Positions 22,606 to 31,500 of a stretch of DNA of 32,000 nucleotides are shown piece by piece. The stretch lies in assembly GCA_022646745.1 (NCBI GenBank), contig CP060262.1, positions 3,870,001-3,902,000 of the forward strand, in the 5' to 3' direction. Under the pieces are notes generated by a model, which was given only the letters and a program-made list of their open reading frames with translations, ran no database searches and was not told where the DNA came from. The position numbers and the translations under genes are program-made. The number at the start of each line of letters is the position of its first letter. The first letter of the stretch is position 1. Source of the stretch: Planctomycetales bacterium. Its GTDB lineage: Bacteria > 4484-113 > JAFGCY01.

Positions 22606-24789
22606 ATGAAGGGATTGATAGTGGCAGCGCTCGTGGCCTGCCTCGTACTGGCGGGTTGCCCCGGCAGGGACGGCGACAACACGGGCAAGGCGCCCTCCGG
22701 CAAGTACGGGGAATACAGCCTGAAGCTGAGGGATGCGACTGCCTTCGAAGCGGAACTGAAGCGCCTGCAGGAGCATTTCGCGGGTGATGGCAGCGCCAGC
22801 GCGGTGACGAGCGGCAGCGCGCAGCTCAACTACAAGCTCGGACAGCGCGTGCGCGAGGATGGCATCGCGGTTGTGATGCGTGACAACACGACGGATGAGG
22901 AGCTGGTGCTGTGGGTCTGGCGCGACAGCACGGGCCAGCAGGCGGCACCGCAGCTTGTCAACCAGCAGGAGCTGGGCGGCGGCGGGATGAGCCTGCAGTA
23001 CCAGCTGGACGAGGGTGTGTTCCTCGCGCTCAGCCTGCGCTGGGTACAGGACCGCTACCTTGAGGTGAAGCGCAACTACGAGGCCGGCGGGCTGGATGCG
23101 GAGTTGCCAATGGGCAGCGATTACACCGCATGGACACTGGAGCTGCCGCCCCTGCCCTACCGACTGGCCGCCGGGGCCAGCGGGCCATTCGGCGTGCTGG
23201 AGGAAGCGCAGGCCGATGGGGCCTGGCACAGTGCGAACTATCCCGGGGAGCTGATGCTGCCAGCGCTGGCGGCCTACGACCAGAGCCGCGGCGTGCTGCT
23301 GGCGATCTCGGATGAGCATCCGCGACGGATGGACCGGGAGTACCACTGCGGCTGGCGGCTGGCCAACGGGATGGATGGCAATGATGGCAACCGGCAACTC
23401 AGCATCGACTACACGGTCTTCAACACCACGGTGGACGGCTTCACTGAGCCGCTGCTGATCAGCGGCCTGCCGCAGCGTGACAGCGTGGTGCTGGAGCCGT
23501 TCAGCTTGCAGCCGACGACGATGGAGGACAGTTTCGTGGCAGGCACGACCCAGCAGGTGGCTGACCGCATGAGCGACTTCGTGGCGGCCTTCCACGCACG
23601 CTACAGCCCGCGGCTCGTGACGGAGCAGCATACGATGCTGGATGCGCCGGGGATCAGCCCGGATACAAGCGGGGCGGAACTGGCAGCACTGCATGAGGTG
23701 CTGGAACTGAAGACCGGGCTGTGGGACACGGCGGGGATCATCACGGACACACGAACCGGGGCATCCTTCCCGGACGGACTGGCAATAGCCGGCCTGCCTG
23801 AGGATGCGGCGGTGAAGTGTGACGAATTCGGCATCACACAGTGGCAACGGGTCTCGCCCTTCAGCCTGCCGGCGGACAGCCCGGAACTGAAGAGCGACAG
23901 GGAACTGGCACTGCTGGACAAGCCTGGCAATGGCCCGGGCCGGGTGCCACTGAGGATCAGGCGGCCGCAGACCGCTGACAGCCTGCTCAGTGCGTTCGAC
24001 GGCGTAACTGGCAAGGCGCTGCTGCTGGACCTGGACACGCTCGTGACGGGAGGCCAGGACCCCCGCAGCCAGCCGCTGGCCGGCAGCCAGCAGGCGGCGG
24101 CGGCGATGCTGGCAATGAAGATCTGTGAGGACAACTCAGCGAAGGAACAGCCGCTCAGGCTGGCGATTGAGGGACTTCCGAGCCTCGGCATGCCGCCCTG
24201 TGCGGACATCTACCTGCTGCCCCATGCGGCGGACGGGCCGCTGCTGCGCGACCGGATACTGGGCATGCTCACGCTGCGCATCTTCGGCGTGCCGGCCTGG
24301 CCGGGGCACGGGATTGACAACAGCGCCGGGCTTGCGGCAGCCGTGACGGAGAACAGTGCCGGGCTGGTGGTGGACTATGAGCTGGCGCGTGGCAGCGCCG
24401 ACAGGCTGCTGCAGGCCAACCTCGAGCTGTTCCGTGAGGCCGGCAAGCTGGATGACTACGTGATGATGCACTGCGAGCCACGCTACGGCAGCTACACCCT
24501 GACCGGCGAGGCGCCGGCCAGCCCGGATGCCCTGCTGCTCGGCCTGCCGGCCAAGTGGAGCGGGCGCAGCCTGGTGCGGGTCTGCATCTTCGGTACCGGT
24601 GTTGATGCGCTGGTGGACCGCGAAATGATGATGCTCAACCTGCAGCTTGGCAACGGAGGCAGCGTGCTGCAGCCGATGCCATTTGGCAACTATGAGATCC
24701 AGAATGAGCAGCCGGAGGCGATCCCGGCCGGGGATGCGTTGCTGCTGATGCGCAACCTGGCGACGCCGGAGACCCAGGGACGCAGCTAG
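22606..24789 (+). CDS. Large lipoprotein of unknown function (727 aa)
   Basis: This is the in-frame part of track ORF 22396..24789. ATG 22606 gives MKGLIVAALVACLVLAGCPGRDG, a lipobox signal. The upstream part of the track ORF overlaps csaB on the opposite strand and is not credible. I recognise no domain. Confidence 0.6.
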   Translation: MKGLIVAALVACLVLAGCPGRDGDNTGKAPSGKYGEYSLKLRDATAFEAELKRLQEHFAGDGSASAVTSGSAQLNYKLGQRVREDGIAVVMRDNTTDEELVLWVWRDSTGQQAAPQLVNQQELGGGGMSLQYQLDEGVFLALSLRWVQDRYLEVKRNYEAGGLDAELPMGSDYTAWTLELPPLPYRLAAGASGPFGVLEEAQADGAWHSANYPGELMLPALAAYDQSRGVLLAISDEHPRRMDREYHCGWRLANGMDGNDGNRQLSIDYTVFNTTVDGFTEPLLISGLPQRDSVVLEPFSLQPTTMEDSFVAGTTQQVADRMSDFVAAFHARYSPRLVTEQHTMLDAPGISPDTSGAELAALHEVLELKTGLWDTAGIITDTRTGASFPDGLAIAGLPEDAAVKCDEFGITQWQRVSPFSLPADSPELKSDRELALLDKPGNGPGRVPLRIRRPQTADSLLSAFDGVTGKALLLDLDTLVTGGQDPRSQPLAGSQQAAAAMLAMKICEDNSAKEQPLRLAIEGLPSLGMPPCADIYLLPHAADGPLLRDRILGMLTLRIFGVPAWPGHGIDNSAGLAAAVTENSAGLVVDYELARGSADRLLQANLELFREAGKLDDYVMMHCEPRYGSYTLTGEAPASPDALLLGLPAKWSGRSLVRVCIFGTGVDALVDREMMMLNLQLGNGGSVLQPMPFGNYEIQNEQPEAIPAGDALLLMRNLATPETQGRS

Positions 24790-26243
24790 CGGCCCCTGCG
24801 CTCCCTTCGTTTGAGCTTCTTCGCCACTTCCGCAGCGATGTCACCGGGCGAGTCATGCAGCCAGCCCGCAAACGGGTTGAGCATGTCCGGCGTGGCCGGG
24901 ATGCTGCGGCTGCGCGGACTGCCCCAGCCCTCGAACAGGCGCGGCAGCTTCGGCGGCAGGTGCACCTCAGGCTGCGGCTCCACTGCTTCAGCCGGGGCGC
25001 TGCCAACGGCGTCCTGCACCGGGTCAGCGTGGGCCGGTTCCCCATGCTCTTCGGCAACAGCTGGATTAGTTTCCGGGCCGTCATCCAGCCAGCCCTCGAG
25101 CGGATTGACTGGTACACTGCGTGGCGGCAGCGGCTCATCCAGCCAGCCGTCCAGCGGGTTGCGCGGTGTGCTGCGCGCGTTGCCACTGCGCGGGATGTAC
25201 GGCAGGTCGGCCCAGTCCTCTTCCGGTGCCTCCACGAAGCTGCCATCCGGAGTGATCTCCAGCAGGCTCTCACCCTCCGGCAGGCGGTGCACGGGAGCTT
25301 CAGGCAGGGGTGGCATGCTGAGATTGCCACGCGGGGCCGGCTGCTCCAGCAGTTCCGGGAAGTGCGAGGGATGCAGGCCGCTGTCCGGCTGCTCCACGAG
25401 GTCAGCGGTGGATTCGTCGAGCTGGCCCAGCAGCGCGCTGTCAGCGACGGGCCAGTACCATTCGGCAATGTAGGGTTCATACTGCGGCAGGCACATGTCC
25501 GGCTCACAGGCCACGAACTGCTCGAGCACCATGCAGGCGATGTTCTTCGTGAGCGCAATCGCGAAAGGGTAGTCACGCGCCGCGAACTCGACTGTCAGCA
25601 GGTAGTGGCTGCCATCAATCACGCGCAGCACGCGCAGCTCGCCACTGACGGAGCTGTAGACCGGATCGCCTTCGACCGTTGGATGCATGAGCGGGCTCGG
25701 CAGCACTGCGCTGTAGCCAATGTACTCGCGGCTGCAGTTCTCCTTGTCCCGCGGGTCCGTCAGTCCCAGCGGGGAGCGCATCTCCGTCACACTGTAGCCG
25801 CTGTCAGTGCGCTGCTCGCGGGCGATCTGTGACCTGCGGGCCATGTAGGCCGCGCTTTCGTCGAAGCTCAGTCGCAGCGGGTTGGCATCTCCCTTGACCG
25901 GGCTCATGCGCAGGCTGGCAACAGCCTGGAAGCTGCCGCCGGCGGGATCGTGCGACATAAGCTGGATACTGCTCAGGCCATGGCCGGGGTACGGCAGTCC
26001 CTTATGCCAGGCCCCCTGGTTGTAGATGTATGGCTCATCCTCCACCGGGTGCAGCAGCATCCCGGGAGGGGCGATCGTGCTCCATTCCAGGCCGGACAGC
26101 ACCGGTGCCTGCTGGGGCCACTGCATGGTGGAGGCAGGCAACTCGTGGATGTCCGGCAGGCTGCGGCGTTCCTCCACGCGGGCATGCGCGGCAAGCGGCA
26201 GCAGCAGGCAGATCGCAGGCAGCAGTCGTGCAACAGGGTGCAT
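24786..26243 (-). CDS. Secreted protein of unknown function with C-terminal NPxxGWL repeats and a basic tail
   Basis: This is part of track ORF 24786..26345. The internal Met at 26243 gives MHPVARLLPAICLLLPLAAHA, a signal peptide. The track start lies inside a terminator hairpin. The C-terminus carries NPLDGWLDE, NPLEGWLDD, NPFAGWLHD and ends KKLKRRERRGR. Confidence 0.55.
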   Translation of the reverse strand: MHPVARLLPAICLLLPLAAHARVEERRSLPDIHELPASTMQWPQQAPVLSGLEWSTIAPPGMLLHPVEDEPYIYNQGAWHKGLPYPGHGLSSIQLMSHDPAGGSFQAVASLRMSPVKGDANPLRLSFDESAAYMARRSQIAREQRTDSGYSVTEMRSPLGLTDPRDKENCSREYIGYSAVLPSPLMHPTVEGDPVYSSVSGELRVLRVIDGSHYLLTVEFAARDYPFAIALTKNIACMVLEQFVACEPDMCLPQYEPYIAEWYWPVADSALLGQLDESTADLVEQPDSGLHPSHFPELLEQPAPRGNLSMPPLPEAPVHRLPEGESLLEITPDGSFVEAPEEDWADLPYIPRSGNARSTPRNPLDGWLDEPLPPRSVPVNPLEGWLDDGPETNPAVAEEHGEPAHADPVQDAVGSAPAEAVEPQPEVHLPPKLPRLFEGWGSPRSRSIPATPDMLNPFAGWLHDSPGDIAAEVAKKLKRRERRGR

Positions 26244-26313
26244 GTGGGGTATATCGGCAGGGGAAAGAGGTGGTTGAACCCTGGCTGGCAGACCGGCGAG
26301 CCTTCGGGCGAGA

Positions 26314-26373
26314 CGGCAAATCAAAAAGGCTCCACGATTTCTCATGGAGCCCTACCAAGTTAGGGGGGATGGT
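26314..26373. repeat. 60-bp direct repeat, copy 1
   Basis: cggcaaatcaaaaaggctccacgatttctcatggagccctaccaagttaggggggatggt is identical to 27700..27759. The flanks are unrelated on both sides. Confidence 0.9.
26318..26351 (-). terminator. Rho-independent terminator (minus strand) inside repeat copy 1
   Basis: The minus strand reads GGCTCCA-tgagaaatcg-TGGAGCC-TTTTTGATTT. Confidence 0.7.
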
Positions 26374-26391
26374 TCCGTCAATGTCTCCTTT

Positions 26392-26586
26392 CTATTTCAA
26401 AGGTCTCTTGAACCAGAGGAAGTGCATTAGTTCTACATAGTCCAAACTTCCCCCCGGAGAAACCGTTTCAGCATAAGCAGAAACAAGTTCCCATTCTTCG
26501 TTTCCCATCTGGGCCAAACGATTGTTGACATCTCTTTCAGACTGCCGACCCTCAACAAAGGAAATCATACAATGTTCCCATTTCAT
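26392..26586 (-). CDS. DUF4177-like small protein
   Basis: 64 aa. MKWEH...LAQMGNEEWELVSAY...WFKRPL matches my recollection of the DUF4177 pattern (MkwEY..., GeeGWELV, ...fKRp). The coding sequence is low in GC. Confidence 0.55.
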   Translation of the reverse strand: MKWEHCMISFVEGRQSERDVNNRLAQMGNEEWELVSAYAETVSPGGSLDYVELMHFLWFKRPLK

Positions 26587-26596
26587 CCCTGAATCC

Positions 26597-27166
26597 TCAC
26601 TCCTCAGCGCAAAGCAGTGCGAAATACGTTACTGTGTCACGAATAGCCTCTTGGTCAAAGTAAGTCTCTTGGTTGTATAGGCCTTCTATGACCACTTTGG
26701 ACAAGTCAAATTCCTCCAGCGTCCTCACAAAATCCACTTCAGCATTCCCCTCACCCTTATTGGAAATCAGAATCACGCTGGAAAACTCTATGTAGACGTT
26801 AGCCTTTGAAAGCTCCTTTGACACATAGCTTTTGGAGAACTCTTCAGACTTTCCAACTCCAACAGCCTTAGAAAAAGTCTCCCCGTTGTATTCAACGTAG
26901 AACCAGCACTTGCTTGGCAACAACCTTTCTTCCTGAATACTGCCAATGTTAAGAACCAGCCTGTAGCAAGACCTGTCACTTTCAGGCTGTTCTATGGTTA
27001 GGTACACATGAGGGGACTCCGTAGGGATTCCGCTCTTGTGAGTGTGGACAATGACTCCTTCGTCCTCAAAGTAATCAACAGCGAATCTGTCACTAAGTTC
27101 TTCAGCATATGAAAAGGAACTCAGTGAAATGAAAGCCAGAAAACACAGAATAAATATATTTCTCAT
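26597..27166 (-). CDS. Secreted protein of unknown function (189 aa)
   Basis: This is part of track ORF 26597..27298. ATG 27166 has GAGGT 9 nt upstream and gives MRNIFILCFLAFISLSSFSYAEE, a signal peptide. The sequence is low in GC and I recognise no domain. Confidence 0.55.
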   Translation of the reverse strand: MRNIFILCFLAFISLSSFSYAEELSDRFAVDYFEDEGVIVHTHKSGIPTESPHVYLTIEQPESDRSCYRLVLNIGSIQEERLLPSKCWFYVEYNGETFSKAVGVGKSEEFSKSYVSKELSKANVYIEFSSVILISNKGEGNAEVDFVRTLEEFDLSKVVIEGLYNQETYFDQEAIRDTVTYFALLCAEE

Positions 27167-27204
27167 TATAAGTTTACCTCGGGCACTTACTATGGTTGTT
27201 GGAT

Positions 27205-27495
27205 TCATTGTGCCAATGCACTTAACCCCAAACCACCAACCATAGCAACCAAGAAATAGGCCAAGAATGGAAGCACAATGAACACCCATACAATGCAACC
27301 AAGTGATTGAGCAATTGAACTAAGTTTCTTGTGCGTCGTTTCTGTCAACTCTAGAACGTCATTGTGATAATTGCAAAGGTCTTGTCTAAGAGCTCTATTT
27401 TCATTGACCAGCAATGTGAGTCTCTTACATACTCTGTCATTTTCCTTTTCTAATGCTTCAAGAAAGTCCTCTTGGCTTCTACCTGCAGTATCCAT
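27205..27495 (-). CDS. Tail-anchored coiled-coil membrane protein (96 aa; alternative starts up to 27552)
   Basis: ATG 27495 is preceded by AGGTGA 5 nt upstream. MDTAGRSQEDFLEALEKENDRVCKRLTLLVNENRALRQDL is a coiled-coil-like heptad sequence. The C-terminus LGCIVWVFIVLPFLAYFLVAMVGGLGLSAL is hydrophobic. Confidence 0.45.
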   Translation of the reverse strand: MDTAGRSQEDFLEALEKENDRVCKRLTLLVNENRALRQDLCNYHNDVLELTETTHKKLSSIAQSLGCIVWVFIVLPFLAYFLVAMVGGLGLSALAQ

Positions 27496-27699
27496 AACTT
27501 CACCTTCTGGAATTGTTGGGCTCATTGTAACCATAGTGACCCTTTGAATCAAGGATTAGTCAGTCAGTAACTTGTTTCACGAGTCTCAACTCAAGCGCTA
27601 TGGCAACAGCATGGAAGGGAAGTTCAAGGTCATCAGACAAACCACGAGCTGGCGACTTCAAGTCGAAGGAATGGTTCAGCAAGAATTCTGATGATTCCG

Positions 27700-27759
27700 C
27701 GGCAAATCAAAAAGGCTCCACGATTTCTCATGGAGCCCTACCAAGTTAGGGGGGATGGT
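27700..27759. repeat. 60-bp direct repeat, copy 2 (contains the same minus-strand terminator at 27704..27737)
   Basis: 60/60 identity to 26314..26373, offset 1386 bp. Confidence 0.9.
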
Positions 27760-27880
27760 AAGCGCTGTGTCATGGGCGCACACAACGCAATTAAGTCATA
27801 CCCGATCAGGGCAGGCTCTACAAGTGGCAATGCCCGATTTCTGCGGAATTCAGCCCAATTCAGATGTTTTGGGGCTGTTG

Positions 27881-28300
27881 TCAGTCGCGCTGCGAGGCAT
27901 TGTGCTCGCGCAGCACTCGCCTGACAATGCTGCGCAGACGGCGGGCGCGGTTGCCAGACAGGGGCTGCGTGTCAAGACTCGCAAGTACGGGGACAGCAGT
28001 CTCCCGCGCTGGCGGATCCGTTTCCAGGCCCAGCGACAGGCTGGCCTGTGCGTCGTCCCTGTGTGAGGCCAGTTCAGGTTGTCCGGCATGGCCAAGCCTG
28101 AGCGGCAGTTCGAGCCGGGCTGAACTGAGCAGCGCATGCTGGCCCAGCTCATCGCGGATCCGGCTGATGCCGGGCAGAGCATCAGCCAGCGGGATTGCCG
28201 GAGCGCGCAGGATATGCGGCAGGCTGCCGTCGCGGCCGTAGAGACCGAGCACCAGGTCGAGTTGTAATTCGCCGGGATCCTGCATTCTGACTGTCCGCAC
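27881..28300 (-). CDS. Hypothetical protein
   Basis: 139 aa from GTG 28300, or 134 aa from ATG 28285. This frame shows the strong G/C third-position bias seen in the other real genes, unlike the overlapping ORFs. I recognise no motif. Confidence 0.45.
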   Translation of the reverse strand: MRTVRMQDPGELQLDLVLGLYGRDGSLPHILRAPAIPLADALPGISRIRDELGQHALLSSARLELPLRLGHAGQPELASHRDDAQASLSLGLETDPPARETAVPVLASLDTQPLSGNRARRLRSIVRRVLREHNASQRD

Positions 28301-28436
28301 AGTTAATCCGATCTTAACCGCTGCAACTGGACTTGTGGTATCAAACTGACGAATTGCCCGACAAATGTGTTCCCCACAGCAAGGTAAACACTGGAAACAC
28401 CTGGCTGGCCCGGAATACGGTTGCTGTGTTTGCTTT

Positions 28437-28466
28437 TTGGCACCTTTTATTTACCTGAAGTAAAAT
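28437..28466 (+). promoter_or_regulatory. Candidate sigma70-type promoter for the giant lipoprotein gene
   Basis: TTGGCA (28437..28442), an 18-nt spacer, then TAAAAT (28461..28466), about 80 nt upstream of ATG 28548. This is sequence resemblance only. Confidence 0.3.
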
Positions 28467-28547
28467 CTCTTGTCCGGCGGATGCGCCGTTTCACGCACCG
28501 GCCGGGGGAGAGAGTTATCAATTCGCCCGCACAACCGGGAGGTTGCC

Positions 28548-31500
28548 ATGAGAACCGTTATTGTCGGTGCCATTGCACTTGTTATGCTCTGCCTGGGACT
28601 GGCGTCCTGCGGTGGAGGCGGAGGACAGAAGGGACAGTTTGAATTCACCGGGAACCCTGAGCGATTCAGCCTGAACGTGCTTGATGACAGCGCACTGGGC
28701 GGGGAACTGCACGGTGAGTTCGAACTGAAGCGCCACGACGAGGGGGATACCGTGGTGCTTGAGCTGCAGGGTCGCTCAGTGGAGGACCTGCGCGCGCTGT
28801 ACTGCGAAGTCGAATTCAACCCGAACCTGTTCACCCCCGCCAGTGCGGAACGCAGCACGCTCTTGGGACAGGCCGGCGTACTGGAACTGGCGGTGCTGGA
28901 TGTACCGGGCACCGTCACACATGGCCAGCTGCTGATCCACCCGGATGAGCACAGCGGATTCAGTGGCGACGGCGTACTGGCAACGATGCGCTTCACGCGC
29001 CGGCCGATGGAGGAGTTCCGCACGGTATCCACACCACCCTCTGACCCGGCCAGCCAGAGCATGCCGCAGTTCGACAGCGTCAGCGGAGAGCTGAGCTGGC
29101 TGTACCGCAGCACCGGCGACTACGACCAAAACGGCCTGATCACGATCTCCGACCTGACACCGATGGGTGTCAACTTCGGCGAGTCTGACCCTGATGGATT
29201 CGCTGACACCAGCGTGCTGAGCGTGGTGGACGGCGACGGCAACAATGTGATCAACATTTCCGACATCACCCCGATCGGCATCGGCTTCGGCCGCAGCACC
29301 AGTGGCGGCTACAACATCTACCGCAGCGGATCAGCCGATGAATATCCGGCCACTCCCCTGGGAGAGAATGGCAATGGCGCACAGCTGCTGGGCAACCTGC
29401 CGTTCAGTACGGCGGTCGGCAACCCGACGGTGGACCGGCTGGCCTTCAGCTTCGAAGTCAGCGACCCGCAGACCCCCGGCTTCTACTGGATCCGGCCGCA
29501 GGACGGGGCCGGCAACGAGGGTTATGCGTCCACGATGGTCAGCCCGCCGGACGGCAGCCTGCCGGTGCTGAGCGTCCCGCTGCCGCCGGCCGAGGGCAGT
29601 GGCAGCCTGGCGGACCCCTACGTCGTCAAGGCGGATGACAGCGTGCAGTTCATGCTGGTGGACGCGGACTCCAATGACGTGACAACGGATATGCTCAGCA
29701 GCTTCACGGCAACGCCGGCTGAAGCGGCCGGCTTCGGCACGAATGACGGCCTGTTGACGGTCAAGCAGGGCTACGTCGGCGCGTTCAGCGTCAGTGCAAG
29801 CTTCGACGGGCTGTCCGCCGCTCAGGTGATTCGCTTCAGTGTCGGCCCACCGGACGGCAGCCCGGTGGCGATCCTGAATGCCAATAAGCAGTATGGCTCG
29901 ATCCCGCTGAGCGTGAGCTTCGATGCCGGCGACTCGCTCTCCCCCGGTGGCGAGGGATTCATCGTGGACTACGCCTTTGACTGGGAGGATGACGGGGTCT
30001 ATGACGACTTCGGCACCACCACCGTCAAAAGCCACAGCTACGCCGAGACCGGGCAGTACACGGCACGGCTGCGGGTGACTGACAACAAGGATCGAACGGC
30101 TGAAGCAACACTGAACATCCTGGCATACCTGCCAAACGGCCCGAATGCGCAGCTGGTCGCCACGCCGTTCAACGGGCAGGAACCCCTCCCGGTGGACCTC
30201 GACGCCTCAGGCAGCACGCCGAAGCCCGATACGGAGATCGTGGAGTTCCAGTTCGACTTCGACAACGACTTCGCCTTTGACGACGGCACCAACAGCACGG
30301 GACTGCTGTCCACCGTGTTCGAGACCGCGGGGGTGATCCCGGCGCGCGTCAAGGTGATCGATGACAACGGGCTGTTCACGGTGGCCGAGCGCAAGGTCAC
30401 CGTCAGTGCGAATGCGCCGCCGACTGCACTGCTGGCACTCGACCCTGAGGCACCGTACTACCTGCCGGCCACGATTGACATCGATGCATCTGGCAGCTCC
30501 GATATTGACGGCAACATCATCGGCTACAGCTTCGACTTCGACGGTGATGGTGAATTTGACTACGAAGGACTGGATGCGAACCACCAGTACACCTACGACG
30601 TGGCCGGTGACTACACGATCACCCTCAAGGTGACTGACAACGGCCAGAAGACCGGCATGCAGAGCATCCCGATCTCAGTGTTCGAGGATGACCGGCCGGT
30701 GGCTGAGCTGGTGGCGGACGTGACGAGCGGGCTCAACCCGCTGACGGTCAACTTCGATGCGACGGGCAGCACTGACCCGGAGAATATGATCGTGGCCTAC
30801 GAGTGGGACTTCAACGGCGACGGCGACTTCTCCGACCTGAGCGAAACGACAGGCGTGGCGCAGTTCGACTACATCAGCGCCGGCAACTTCGAGGCCGGCG
30901 TACGGGTGCGGGATGCGGATGACAACACATCGATCGCCACGGTCACGATCGCGGTCACCGAGAACAAGGCACCGAATGCGGACGTGCGGGCGGACAAGCT
31001 CAGCGGCTTCACCCCGGTCACGGTCGAGTTCGACGGCAGCAACAGCACGGACCTGGATGGCACGATTGAGCTGTACGAATGGGACGTGGACGGCGATGAC
31101 GACTTCGATGACGGCTATGGCAACGTGGATACGATCAGCATCTTCTACGACAACACCGGCGGAGCCTTCACGATCAAGCTGCGCGTGACGGATGACAAAT
31201 TCAAGAGCAGCACGGACAGCGTGACCGTGAACATCACGAACAACCTCCCGCCGGTGGCTGACATCCAGGCTGATGTGACGAGCGGCTTCAGGCCCCTGCA
31301 TGTGAACTTCGACGCCACGGCTTCGATTGACCCGGACGGCACGATCGCCAACTACCGCTGGGACTTCGATTACGACGGTGTGAGCCCGAGCTTTGAGCTG
31401 GAAGGCGCTGAGGACCAGCCGCAGTGGATTTTCAATGATGCAGGCGGTAGCCCGTTTACAGTGCTGCTGGAAGTGATTGACAATGGCGGCAAGAGCAGCC

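Larger units (their letters stand above)
26374..27759 (-). mobile_element. Low-GC 1386-bp inserted cassette (three genes + one repeat copy)
   Basis: Perfect 60-bp direct repeats sit at both borders. Hand counts of sample 60-nt lines give about 40-50% GC inside and about 57-62% outside. All three genes are co-oriented and tightly spaced. No recombinase is encoded inside. Confidence 0.5.

Noticed and set aside
26314-26373. The 60-bp repeat as an integron attC site
   Set aside because: It contains GTTAGGG, which is close to but does not match the GTTRRRY core. There is no matching inverse core at the other end and no intI gene in the window. A three-gene 1.3-kb cassette is atypical for integrons.
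28438-28453. Sigma54 promoter suggested by TGGCAC upstream of the giant lipoprotein gene
   Set aside because: The -12 element at the required spacing reads ATTT instead of TTGC.
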